NCBI GenBank assembly: GCA_051362555.1
Contig: CM120641.1
Coordinates: forward strand, 36,090,401 to 36,154,400
Source of the DNA: Lingula anatina
Taxonomy: Eukaryota; Animalia; Brachiopoda
Length of the DNA: 64,000 nt
Reading direction: 5' to 3'
A program made the translations under genes and the position numbers. Below the pieces are notes generated by a model, which was not told the DNA's origin, searched no databases, and worked only from the letters and a program-made list of their open reading frames with translations. Of this stretch, positions 25,255 to 50,177 are shown piece by piece (within the stretch, counting starts at the first letter, position 1; each line of letters begins with the position of its first letter).

Positions 25255-28200
25255 ATGGCGGACGTATTTTTCTGCTGTGGGGTAACTCCTGAAGAAAAGA
25301 CTAACCGGAATCGAAGCAAGAAAATTGATCGTATGCTCGCCAAAGAGAAAATACACTTTAAAAGAACGGTGAAGATTTTATTATTAGGTTCGGGTGAAAG
25401 TGGAAAAAGCACATTTTTGAAACAGATGCGAATAATCCACGGGCAAGACTTTGACGATGAAGCATTAAATGAGTACAGGCTTATCGTACACACTAACATT
25501 GTGAAAGGAATGAAAGTGTTGATTGATGCAAGAGAGAAACTCGGAATTCCTTGGGGAGAGAGTAAAAATGTATCCCATGCTAACAAAGTGTTTGGATACG
25601 ATAGTAACGTCAAGCTTGATGCTGATTTATTTATGGACTATGCACCCCATGTCGAAAAACTGTGGCAAGATTCGGGCATTCGAGCAGCTTATGAGAGGAG
25701 GCGGGAATTCCAACTGGTGGGTTGACAAGGACCTTCACAGAATAAGCAAAACATAATTTAATGTTTTTACACAGAGTACTTATGTTATTTAACACAGAAT
25801 TGCAATGTTTAAAACTTTTTAAAACTACTATAACTTCCTTTTTGATCTATGTTTAAAAGTTTTCAACTAGTTTTTCCAAGTATCTCTTTAGAATATGATC
25901 AATATCATTTTGCCAAAACATTTTCAACCTTTTGATTTTGAAACAGATAGAATAAACAGAATGACAGTATGTGAAACTTGTGAACGTACCACACTACCTG
26001 AATTCTAACTTGCAGTTAAGAATCAATAAGAACAACAGGTGGAACACTTTCTATATATATGGATTGAATTGGTTGGGAAGGGAAAGGAGTACAGAGAAGT
26101 GTTAACTTTCTGTATTTTGGTTTATATTTTGTTCAAATGCATCTAAAGACAACAATAAGATGTGATTATCTGTGACTTAAGAAGAAATGTGGTTATGATA
26201 TGTGACTTCAGTGGAAATTATGTTTGTGCTAGAACACATAACAAGGCACTATTTATTTAAAAAGTCTTTACTTGTACATAATCATGCCTCCAAGAGCAGC
26301 TGTGTTAAAAAAAACATGGTAGCAGTTATACTATTGAAGTAGATTTTTGAAATCTTGTAATACTCCTCAGTATTGGTCATATTTTTCATTTGGCTGATAA
26401 AAAGTTCAATTAAATTTTTGATATGCAATTAGGGTGCTGTACCAAAGTATGAAAGTCTTGCATTGATTTTTTTTTCTTTTTTTTTTTGTCACATTATGTT
26501 AAACAATTGCTTTCAAATAACATACTGTACAGGATTGTGTATAAGCTATTCCCTGTTAACTTGAATAAAAATAAAACAATTCTGGCATTTGCACTTTAAA
26601 CTGGTGTAATTTTGGATAGTAGGGCTGTCATTTGGTAAAATTTTTCTGTGTGTAAAGAAAAGAAGACAAAATTTATTTTTTGAAATACAAATCTTGCTTG
26701 GTGCTTTCCTGAAGATTTGAAGAAAAAAAAAACAACAAGCAAAGTAGATGAAATTTCCCTCTCTTGATAATTTGTTGGTATATACGATATAGTTATTGAC
26801 AATGCAGTGTACTGATGCAAAAGGAAAATCTGGATGCACCTTAGCTTGGAAAACATGCTTTATTTCTTCACAGCAGGTGCTGGCTATTTTATCCAAAATA
26901 TCTTTTCTTCTGCATGAAAAAAAGGCAGTGTTAGTTCTTAAAAGTGACCAAAGCATGACAGAATGTCAGTAACATCATGGTGTCTGAGGATGCACATTAG
27001 ACCTTTACTAGTAATTTCTTTTTGCTCACATTCTGTGAGTTGTGTGACTGTTAACTGGCCCTTTTGTCCAGCTGTTACCACTATGTCAACCCATAAATGA
27101 TGTGATTTCTTTTGAATTCATTTAAAGATCTATATATCTGCCATCATCATGTGGCAGTTATGAGTCAATGGAAATAATAAAGAGACTTTTAAGTAGAAGT
27201 ATGGGTCACGGCTTATGATTTTAATCTCATTAGTACAGGTCTCGTAAATGGTAATTGATATTAGGGATCTTCAATGCCCAATTAATGACTTTGAACCGTG
27301 ATTTCATGTTCCATTTGTATAAATACTTAATACAAACTAAATATTTTATTGTACAAATGTATGTCTAGATTTTCATTAATTATTAGTTTATAGTCACGTC
27401 AAATTGCAACTTCAGTTAACTGAGGATATTTTTACAGCTCTTGGTCTAGTATCTTTGTATAATTTTTTACAAGTTAAGTATGTTTTTCTTGTCCATAATT
27501 TTAATTTTACTTTTTCTCTGTTTCTGCAGGGTGATTCAATTCGATATTTTCTCGAAGAAATGGATCGTATAGCACAACAGGTACAGTATAATATGAGAGT
27601 TCTAAACAAATTTCAATGATGCTGGTGCAGTTTTTCCCAGGTTGCACAAGATAACACAGGTCAAAGTCATGGTAGTAGTTGTTTTTTAGATCCTACCTGG
27701 TCTACCTGAGCTGAAATAAGTGCAGTTGAGCACATTTGGACAGAGATGCTGGTTCGTTGGAATAATTAGTTTCATATGGATTTTATTTTTGTTAAACTTC
27801 TGAAAAAAGTTCTTGGCAAGCAGATGCTATTTTCATTGCTGGGGAAAATTGATATCTAAGTGAAGTACTACTTGTTAGCTTACTAGGGCATAAGCACGGG
27901 ACAACCTGAAAATGGTTGAAAAAAATCCTTCCCAAGAAAATTAGATGGTACAGCAAATACCACTGAGTGTAATGGCTTGAGAGGGATACTTTGCAGTTGG
28001 GGAGTGCAAGGAGGTTTTCTGGAAATGTTAAACCATTAGTTTGGCCTGGAAATTAGGCATTTCAATGAAAGTATAGTAATGAATCTTTTTAATGGGTGGG
28101 GGGGGTATCAATCTTTAAGATACATAATTTTTGAATCACAAAAAAATCTATTTCTTTTAGCATTTGTGGTACTTTTACAGTATAAAATATGACTTGAAAA

Positions 28201-31200
28201 AACAGTATCTAAAAATTCATAATTTTCTCCACTGAATAGATCAAGTCTTTGCTGTATATTAAGATGTAGTATAGTTAATACTTTCAAATTGTGTCTCACT
28301 TTAAATTGGCAAAGATTGATTCTGCTAGGCACCACAAAACCAAATGTAAATATCATTTCAGTGTGATCTTGTAATGAAATGTAGAACCTGTGAAGGATCA
28401 TCAAAGAAACTGTGGCTTCTTTGTGCATGAGCCTGTGTAATTTGTGGGTTTACCTTAGCCACACTTATTAAAAAAAAATAATAGTCATAAGATCAACTGT
28501 GATATTTATTCTGTATGTTGATCACCAGAAAGGGTCTTTCCTTTTATCTTTGAACCAAGTTTTAGTTGGTACTCAGGAAGAATTAGATTGAAGTCCTTTG
28601 GGAGAATCCCATTTTTCTCTGTTATGCAATTATTAAACTTTTCCATCAGTGGAAATATGAATGCTTTTACAAGGAGGTCTTTTTTATATTGGGGGGGGGG
28701 GGGGAGGGGGAGGGGGAGGGGCAAAATACATGAGTTTCAAGCAGGGTTTTCCCCAGGATTTGCAGTACAGGGAGTCCAAAATTTTGATCAGTAATCTGTT
28801 CATCAATTTATAGGGAGTCCGACTACAAAAAATATCATCATTCCCCAAAAATTTCATTAGCCGTCCAGATGTTTGTGAAAATATTGGCCTTTTTAGGCCA
28901 GTAGCATTCCAAATGATGGCTGGACAGCTTACTTGAAGAAAGCCTTGGATTCAAGTGATTTCCAACATTTGACTAGTGGATTAAGATAAAAATTTGAAAG
29001 TTTTTTTACGATAAGTTTGTCTTGGAAACAGAATCGGTTTGCAAAAATGAAAAGAGGGAGTACAGCTTCATTAAAGGGTTAAAGTTGTCTGGGACACATT
29101 TCTCAAAGCTGCAACTTGGGCAGATAATATGGTTAAAATGCTGGGAGTGGTGCTTTGATGATTTTCAGTTGATTGATTAATTTAACACTTTCAGTGGTGG
29201 GGGGGGGGAGGGGTGGTGGTGCTGTCATTGATGTTGCAAGTAAAACAATGTTATATTTGATAGAGGGGCTTCTGCCATAAGTTACTTGCCAAAGTCACAA
29301 GCCATTCATTTCTTGACTCAGTTTGTAAAGTATATATATCATATGAATTGGCCCAAGAAATTGAAATTGTTGTGCTGGACTAAACTTTCTTTCATACTTG
29401 ACTAAATTCACTGTCTTACAGAGAGACCACATAGTAGATTGAATGCAATCCAGTTTTGCTGATGAAGTAACTTACTAATACCAAATGAAAAGTCTAATCA
29501 AAATCTCATTTGAAGTAATTTGGTATCTTCTATTAAATTATTTTCATAATGTGATTTATTCCCTGCAAAAAAACCCGTGAATGATATCCATGTCATATCC
29601 AATTGTGAATAATTGTTAACTTACAATAAGTAAGTGGAGATGTAATTTATTTGAGCTGTGATCTTTTCCCTGCAGTACAGATCCTTATAGCTCTAGATCT
29701 GCTGCCCAGTTACTTGGCAAGATTTCATAATGTAGCTGTTTATACAAGAAAAAGAAAAGCTAATATTTGCCAAGTTGTTTTCTTGTAAGTTGTACAAATA
29801 AGTTTAACACCAGTGCTCAGTATCAAAAGATTAATGTCAGTTTTATTTAAAAAAAAAATAATTCCTTTTGTTTTTATTTTTCTTATTTTGATAACACTAA
29901 AAAAACAGCTGGGAAACCCTCTCATAAAGTGAAAAGGATATATGTCAGATTTACACAGGGTATATGGTCCAAGGCTGGTGCGATCAAGGGTTGGGTTAGT
30001 CTATACTTTCTGATCATCAAGCCAAGTTAACAAAATTTTGTGTACAGTTTTGCATTATAAGCTGATGCATAAAGACTGCTTCATTGCAAGCATTATTAAT
30101 AAAAGTGCATACACATCAACCATGCAGTAGAAATGAACCAGATTTTGGTACAGTGTAAATTAGTTTGTGTAGCCATGGTGATCTGAAGGTGAGGATTGTT
30201 TCCTGTCACTGGGCTATGACTCACAATCACACTTTCATCTTCTCCCACTCTCTTTACTTCACCTATTTTGCTTAAAAACACCCACAGTGATACTGATATA
30301 GCATAGGGGCAGCACTGTTATGGTTGTCTCCATTTCTGAGGAATAATTTAGACTTGAAACCTAAACTTGAAAAATGTTTGACTTTTGTGCAGGCAGAATG
30401 CATGATATGCCTTAAGATAAATAGTTAACATGGGGTCTTAAAGTAACCCCTTTCCAGGCTCAATCCAGCTTAAAATTTGTTTTTACTGACTGGCAAATAT
30501 TATGTATTATGTAAAATCTGCTAGAATATAAATAACAGAAAATGTTCAAATGCTAATTGTTATTCTAAACAACTTGATAAATTGGCAAGTTTTCTAGGAA
30601 GTTTAATAATGTACCAGTTGTACTGTTGTTATTATATTATATTATATTACATTGTACAAGGTCATGATAATATATGTACCAGTACAGAAATAAATTGAAT
30701 TGAAATTCAATTGAATATTACAGTAGCCATAGTTAAGTATCTGACACTTGGAAGATTTTATATCAACTGGGCTTTATATTACTAACGGTGGTGTCACCGA
30801 TCTTGCATTCAGCTTAAGACGCTCTGATGTCTGGCACGCCAACTGATACTGTTAGTGGGTAATTAACTATCATTTAGCAGCTTCACTAGGCTTACAAACA
30901 TGTATAATGCTTAATATGAATGCAATTTAGCAAGAATCCCTTTGGAGACAGGTCAATCCTGCTAGATCGATCTAGGTACGGGAATGGGGTCTAAGGCCAT
31001 GATCTGTATGATTCACTAAAAATGTTTGATTTCTTGGATTAGCTGTTGATCAAAAAACAGTGAATTTCATCCTTTTGTATATCTGTATATTTTAGTCCCA
31101 CAAGGGACTCCTTACAAAATTTTGATTTGGCCATACTTCGGTATTAGATTTCGGCAAATTTCATTAGGTAACATTTCCTTAGTCAGAGTTGGAAATATAA

Positions 31201-32043
31201 GAAGATTCATGGGAAAAGAAAAGACAGTATAATGAAGAGCACTTGGGTTGGTTTTCAAATAGAATCTCTCATCTGCATAACCATAAGATTTTCTATGCCT
31301 GCTTCCTTGATTCAGCAGCCAGGGGAAATATACTGCATGATGAGACTAATTGCAAGCTGATCAGGTTTCCTTCTGCACCCAGTAATGGAGAAGTGAAGGT
31401 TAAGTGGTTCTTAAAAAAAAAAAAAAAAGAAAGAAAGAAAAACAAAAATGAAAAAAGGCATATCACTCTACACGTATGGTCAGTGGTTCCCTTCAACTCA
31501 CTGCCTTGGACAAAAACGGTCTTAAAATTAACAAATTATTACCCCACACACACACACACCCACCGCCACCCCCACCCCACTCCTACCAACCTCTGTGATG
31601 GCAAACATTTTATGCAAGCAAGAGCAATCTTTTTAGTCAAATCAAATTTCATCGTTAAAATTCATTAATGAAATATGGAGTATTTCACACTGTGTTCTTC
31701 AAAAATAATGTTTCACCCAATGACAATAACTCCATGTGCTTATGTAGACTTCCATTTCTGGTAAAATACAATAGATTTCAGTCACTAATGTGTTTTGCTG
31801 CAGTCTTGTAAAAAAAAAAAAAAGAAGAGAAAAGAAATAAAATCAAGAGCAGAAGAATGAGAAGAAAAAGCTGCTGATGGACATCCTGTCTCTGGGTTTT
31901 CCTCTGTATTCAGGAAGTATGCCTCAGAGTATAAACCAGCCTGACGCTCTAATAGCAAACACATTCTGTGTTCTGGCATCTGGAAGAAATGTGACCTTGT
32001 TCACCAAGTTGTACAAAACCCATTGTGATTTGAAAATGTAATT

Positions 32044-32097
<54 letters not shown>

Positions 32098-33642
32098 AAG
32101 AGGAAGCAAAGTGCCCATGTTGGGTATCCCTTTTAGTGCCATTGATCACAACAGTTATGAAGACTCTCTGGGCAGCTTCTGAAAATCCATATCAAAATAT
32201 ATTCATCTACCTATACGCATGTTCCAAGAATTTAATATCCAGTTAAGAACCTTACCTTCAAAAGATGTTCACATCAAAAGATAGAAACCTTTGATCAGTG
32301 GTACATCATAAGCTGAGTAACACAATTAGCCCTTTGTTAGTGTTACATAGAAAACATATCGCACTCTTTTTGTCTAAATTGAAATAAAAACTTCTGTGGA
32401 ACTATTCACTGTTTCTGTTTTCACATAGCTAAACAAATGCCTTTTGTCCATAGTTTCAAGAACTCTTGGTAGTATGTATAGCCATGCATCAATTATCTTG
32501 AAAAGAGACTTGTATTTTTGAGGTTTAAGCACTGCTAATATAAGTCAAAATTGATATGTAACTGAAATTTGTATCAAATCTTAAATGATATTTATTGGGT
32601 CCATTTTATTGATGGATTTCAAAAATTCTCAGTTATACTGTTTTGTCTTTGTAATTCTGCTATTTCTTAAAACGAGAGCATTTTCAGTTGGTGTTTTTTT
32701 TTTTTAATTGGGTGCTGTTTACTTATTTGATAGGTCTAATACTGAATAGTAATTTTGGAACACAAAAATTCAATGTAATCAGTTATTTATCTGAATTGGA
32801 AAAAAACCTTTGTAGCTTTCTGTCAGAATAATTCTTCAGGTAACATTTTGTAAATTTTAATCGGCAAGTTTCAGTTTACATCAAATATTTTATGTAATGT
32901 GGAAAAAGACATCAATTTTCTGCCAAACCCTTTAACATTTAGCTAATTGTAAAACATGATGAATAGAATTACTTTTTGTTGTGCTATAATTTCCAACTAC
33001 TTGTGCTTATAAGTAATCAACCCTTCTTTTTTTCTTTTGATTAATTTGGTATTTGTACTATTTCAGAACTATGTTCCAACTAAAAAGGATATCTTGCATT
33101 CAAGGAAAGCAACAAAGGGAATAATTGAACATGAATTTGTCATCAAGGATATACCATTCAGGTTTGTGGATGTTGGTGGCCAGCGATCACAGCGACAGAA
33201 ATGGTTTCAGTGTTTTGAAGGGGTAACATCAATCCTCTTCCTCTCTTCTTCCAGTGAATTCGATCAAGTCTTGATGGAGGATAGGATAACAAACAGACTT
33301 GTGGAATCCTGCAACATCTTTGAGACAATAGTGAACAATAAGTGTTTTGTAAATGTCTCCATTATTCTATTTCTCAATAAGACGGACTTACTGGAAGAAA
33401 AAGTTAGAAAGTACAGCATCAAAGGGTACTTTCCAGACTTTCAAGGAGATCCACACAGGCTGGAGGATGTGCAAAACTTTATGTTGCAATTGTTTGACTC
33501 AAAGCGTCATGGAGTTGCTAGAGAGAAGCCCCTTTTCCATCATTTCACCACTGCCATTGACACTGAAAATATCAAATTTGTATTCCAAGCAGTGAAAGAT
33601 ACAATCTTACAAGATAACTTGAAATCCCTCATGCTGCAGTGA
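25255..33642 (+). CDS. GNA13: G protein alpha subunit, G12/13 class (concertina-like)
   Basis: Exons 25255-25716, 27530-27580 and 33067-33642. P-loop [44 protein letters not shown]-terminal NLKSLMLQ (G12/13-type), N-terminal Cys-Cys. Invertebrate GNA12/GNA13 co-orthologue. Confidence 0.95.
32048..32085. repeat. (GA)n microsatellite
   Basis: Direct reading. Confidence 0.95.
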
Positions 33643-36600
33643 ACTTTGAGGTTGAATACAAACAGCATCAGATTCAATTAAGCAAGCCTCCGACAAACAG
33701 TCTAATAGAATAAGAGCCAGTATATACAGATCTTATAGTTGATTACTTGCTTATCATTGTCCTTATAGAGTTTGGCATGCTACAGTTTTCTAAAGATAAT
33801 CTAGTTATATCTTGCACTTACAGTGGAGTAAAAAAATTGAATAGCCTGAATGTTTTGAAATGCTTGGAATCGAATTACTTTAAAGAATGCCGAGTAGTGC
33901 CATTAAGAAATCAGCCACCTTCCTTGAAACAGTATTTCCTTGTGTGTTGGATTTCTAAGCTGACTTGTTAACTTAGGGTATATAATATAACATATATATG
34001 TAAAGCGAGTATGACAACATCTTTTGATACTTTCATATACAATTTAAGTTTAACTCACAGTTAGGGTAACATGTTCACTTTAAGTACCATGTATGGGTTT
34101 GGTCACACACATCAAGGTAACACTGCCTCATATTCTAAGATAACTTGGTTTTCATTTCATCCATCCCACCCTTACCCTACTTCAAAAGCCGTGTTCAGAT
34201 AGAAACTGATACCAATCACAAATTGGTCCAACTTATATTATCAGGTGACCAGATAACAAAGAAACAAAATGGTCTTATGAACTAAGGCAAATATCAGATT
34301 TGAAGATACCCTGTCACTGTGTGATCATGCCATATTAAGTCCATGACATAATGTTAAATGCGAAAAAGAAAAACAATGATATGAAAACACATAAGCAACA
34401 AATCTGTCCAAAATTGCCTCGACTATATCTTTGTCTCTACTGCCATTGCTGCTATGATTTTTACCCAGTAGTCATCAGTTACATATGATTCAAGCAGGAT
34501 TTTGTCAAACGCAAATCATAATCTCATTAATTTTTTCGCTGGTGGCCAATCATAATGAGGAGGGTGAAGAGGGTATAAAAGCAAGATGTGCTGCTGATGG
34601 TGGCCAACAATAGGCACAATGGCATTTTATGTTGGTCAATACTAGAGTTTTTTTAACATTCATATGAAAAGAACCATGTTAGATTAATTTTTAAGGACAT
34701 GGTGTGATATTCAGATTACTATCAGGGTGAAGTAGCACCTTGAATTTAACATTTTTTCTCAGTGCTCTAGTACATTTTTTCTCAGTGATCTATAGGAAAG
34801 TAAAACAAAAGAGTATAATTTCAGATTTTTTTTTCTTTTTATGTGGTTGTTTAATTTTGTATATTTCATCATGTGCCTTATGTGTTAAGTATATAGATTT
34901 CTGAAATAATTGCAGAGTATTCTGACCCTAATATATCTGCTGCAACTGCTTTCTCATGATATTGTGTACTTTGTATTGTATATATGTATATGACGTGACT
35001 TTTGTAACTAGTTCTTCAGGATGTTTTTCTTTGAAAGCTGTCCATGTAAACATGACAATTCCAATATGTACAGAAGAGAGTAACTGGAGATACTCATATT
35101 CCTGGAATATAAACATTCTGATCATGACTGGGTGATATATATAATAATAATAATAGCCATTAAAAGACCGAAAGCAATCTTATGTCCGAGTTATATCAAA
35201 AATAATTAAACTTACAGTTTTAAGGTTAAAGTTTAATCTTCTTTAATCCTGAAAATAGTAAGTTTAGTGCAAATGCTGTTTCTCAAGGTCATGTTATTTG
35301 ACAAGTTGTCAAGTGATAAATTTGAGAACGTCAGCAGACCTGGTTTGTATTAGATTCAGAACTTTTTGATGATACGATTAATGACCCAAAAATACAAGGC
35401 TAAGTTTTTATCAGCCTGATTAATATCAATTTACACTTGCTCTGGGCTTGTACCTTGATCTTTTTTGCTTTGGTGTTTGTAGCAGAGATGGTGCTGTTCT
35501 TTCTACCAGATGGTTATTAAAGCTGGTTATAGTGTAAATAGTCTGCTGTGGTTAGTGCTAGGCAGGATGCCAAGATCTTAAGGTAGACCTTAGATATTAA
35601 AGATGAGTGTTGTGAACTAAATGAATTTAAGATAATTAGAAGTGGGAATGCAAATTTTTTGCTTAAGCCGACTCATGTACCCAATACCTCTGTGATCTTT
35701 AGATCTAGTCTCCTAAAATGAATTGATATTCTGTGGCATTTACTTTATAGAAAGCACTGTTTAGAGTAAGACACTTTCTTCAGACCGGTGATGATAGCCG
35801 AGTGCCAAGAAATAAGGCAATAATTGTTGACCCAAACCCTTTCTGTCATATAGTTATTACAAATGGGTTTCCTCTTGTGTGAAAGAGTTTGGAAGTGAGA
35901 TGAGGAATGAAGACTAGCTTTCTTTGCCTCCTTTAAAAGCATTTTTGAAAAAAAATTGCTTTTATATCTTCCCAACAAAGTGATTACAAATAGTGTTGGC
36001 CAAAAGCAAGTCAGGACATTGGGCACGGCATTCTGACCAGCAATTTGTTAATTGTTTCCAAATTATATTTTTATTATTATCATCTACATATTTTTATATT
36101 ATAAACTGGGATTATAATCACATAAAGTAATTGATATGTTGATTGGTTAAATGGGCTTTCTCTGTGAAGAGGTCCCTCATAGTTATAGAAAAGGATCATG
36201 GAAACTTATGTATTGAACGGTTTCAAAATTCATCCTTGCTAGGAACAGTGTAATTAATAGTGACAGTTCTGCGGGTATTTAAAGATCTAATGCTTGTAGG
36301 AAATATCCAATTTTGTTTAGCTTGGGAGCAGATTTTCTGTTTCTACCCAAAGAAGAGAGAATGGACTTGTGATTCTGCGCAGGTAAAAAGTAGTGTAGTC
36401 GACAAAAGAAAAATCAGTGGTATAATTAAGGACATTTGTCCGGGTATTTCTGAGGAGTATAAATACTTTACCCAGAGAGCAACATGTCTGTGTACCATAA
36501 GAGATTAAAATATATGCAAAAGCACTTTTGTTACACATGAGCATTAATATTTACTCTGTGACAGCAAAGACGTTTTGAATTCCAACTGCTGTGAAGTATT

Positions 36601-36932
36601 TTGTTAAATATCCAATTGTTTTGACTTTCTTAGTAGATTAATATGGATTTTGTTTAAGACAGTTATAGAATAAACGCATTTTGTTTTGACTTACTTGATA
36701 GATTTACACATACATAAAGGGAACCATAAGCTTGAAAGTGGTATCAGTGTAAGCAAATTGCTGTAGCACAAATGTTTCTTATTTTGGGAGTTTAGAAAGG
36801 GAGATTTTTAATTTTGTATATACACATGCACTGAATTAATCGCAAAGATTAGTAAATACTGCTGTAAACTATGTAGATGGCTCAGTATCTCGTTTGTATG
36901 TTGTGAAATGAAATATTTATATGTACATCACA

Positions 36933-37084
36933 AATAAAATGTAAGATACAAAGAGATGGACTTTTTGACATTTTTAAAAACCATACATAATTTTAAGTAA
37001 GCTGCTACTCGAGATGGTTAAACAGGGCTAGTAATAACAGATCCATACAACAATTCAACAATTTTCATATGAAAAAACTTTATT
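36933..37084. terminator. Candidate convergent poly(A) signals of G-alpha 12/13 (+) and UBE2O (-)
   Basis: AATAAA on + at 36933-36938 and on - at 37079-37084. Confidence 0.4.
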
Positions 37085-38092
37085 AGTGACAAAACCTCAC
37101 TCCGTAGAAGGAAGTAATATAACACATCGCACAAATGGGATCTATTAGCTCAAAATGGATGTTGATTACAAATTATAAGTAGAATTTTCCTCCTTATGCC
37201 AAAGAGGAAAATGTGCAAAGCTTACGGACTGTTCATGTAATACTGTTCAATATACAATATTGCTAACAACATTTAACTAACATTAAATAATGTATCAAAG
37301 AAGAAATGAGCAATAAAAGGCATCAACATTTATCATGGCAATTTTCATAGACATATTTTTACTATGTTTGAAAATTAAATTGTTTTACACCAACTTTTAG
37401 GTTAACAGCCAAATTTCTGTACTGTTTAACACCTGAAACCTGCACCATACTAAAAAATGGCCCTTAACATATGTACATTTGCTTCAATCCTAACAGTTTC
37501 TTTATCTTTTCCGTCTAACCTTTCAATCAAGATGCAGTACATATTCCAACATAACCAATACCCACACCATAATATTGTACCCTACACTCAAAAACAATAG
37601 CACCAAAAGCACCAAACATCAAGACTTTTAAGTATAACTGCCATTATGAGGAAAAAAGATACAAGGAAGAATGTAGTCCTAGCCATCCAAATATTCAGTT
37701 CAAAAGACATATTCTAAGCAGATAACACCAGTTGGAGACAAATCAGCAACAAACAACACTTCAAAGATCTCATATTGTTATTCTCAAAATTGTCTTGATT
37801 TGAAAGAAAAGGGCATAAAGCTGTAAAACTTTAGGGTTGTATTTTACAGAGATATAGAGTTCAATTCGAACAACACTATGAGAAACCATTTTACCAAATC
37901 AATGCAATTTTCTTTTTTAGCAATCGAATGCTAATAATATTTCACCTTTCAGTCAGTAATAACCAGTCATGTATACAAGGGGAAAAAGGCTGAATAATCA
38001 TTTAGTGAATTTGTTGGATTTAGGATTTCATATAACCATCAAATATTACTCTAAACATCTACAAAACCTTCACATCGACATCAGTATCAATG

Positions 38093-49108
<11,016 letters not shown>

Positions 49109-49355
49109 ATTGGGAAAGGTTGCGCATGAAATAGGGATCATATCGTCTGTCAAAATATATCGAGGCTGTAATATAGCCTACTAATATGGCTGATAATAGG
49201 CCAAGGCTACTGGGTGGGGGTTTCTATGACGAAAATGATATTATAACATGTGTCATTTTACATTTTTCATTGATTTCAAGTTCACGTTTCTCTCTCAGTT
49301 GATCAAAGATAGAGTGCACGAAAATAAATCAAGGAATAGGCCTTCATGTCTCCAC

Positions 49356-49529
49356 GGGGCCGTAGCAATAGTCCGAAGGTTCAATAGTCCGAAGGTTCAT
49401 TGGTCCGAATATTCACAATAGAACCTTCGGACTAATGAACCCTTGATAAAAAAATCGATGAAAAGGTTACCACTTTTCGGACCAATGAAGCTTCGGACCA
49501 ATGAACCTTCGGACTATCGAGACGCCCCC
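49356..49529. mobile_element. MITE with inverted subterminal 16-bp repeats and 8-bp TSD
   Basis: GGTTCAATAGTCCGAA-type repeats on the left, inverted copies on the right; GTCTCCAC at 49348-49355 and 49530-49537. Confidence 0.75.
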
Positions 49530-49707
49530 GTCTCCACTATCGTCTTCTCCACTCTCCATCCACTCTCCTTCAATAGAAGCCTGTTTGACAGGCCCTATAC
49601 GCTTTAGTTACACTTGGACAAAATAACGGGTGCATTTTGTTATATTATATTATTTTTATTTATTTATTTATTTATTTATTATATGTAAGGCCTAAGCCTA
49701 AGTCTTA

Positions 49708-50177
49708 GGGGAGACCGCGGGGCTACTGGTTAGTTGGACCCTCAGACCCTGGGGTAAGTTGGTCCCTCGTCAATTTATGAAAAAGTAACTGCGAGGTAAA
49801 AAAAAAAAAAAATTGATCACATCATTTTGTAACTTGAAGTGACCATATCCAATAGGCCTAATGCCAAGAAAGCTTCGGTCGTAAAAAAGTTTTAGGCCTA
49901 GGCCTACTTAGGCCCTATGCGGTGGGTGCAAATGAAAGATTTCTGCCTCTATGCTAGGCCTAAAAGTAGGCCTAACTTTATTAAAGAGATTTATTTTCAT
50001 AGGCTTGTGATCGAATATAGTAGGCTATAGGCCTATGTATCGGGCATCAAACTAAAGCTAATTGTTTCAAGTTTCACAGAAATGTAGCCTATCATCGTAG
50101 TTCATTCTAGCACCAAAACTGGCTGCAATCCTTTAAAAAAAATGTGCACTCGTGGCTAGTTGTCCCCCGGTCTCCCC
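49708..50177. mobile_element. TA-flanked MITE with GGGGAGACC termini (Tc1/mariner-type)
   Basis: TA-GGGGAGACCG ... CGGTCTCCCC-TA. Confidence 0.7.

Noticed and set aside
28691-28950. G-run (possible G-quadruplex) and degenerate CAGGGTTT-terminal element in the G-alpha intron
   Set aside because: Poly-G tracts recur throughout the window, and the element ends and TSD are too degenerate to support.
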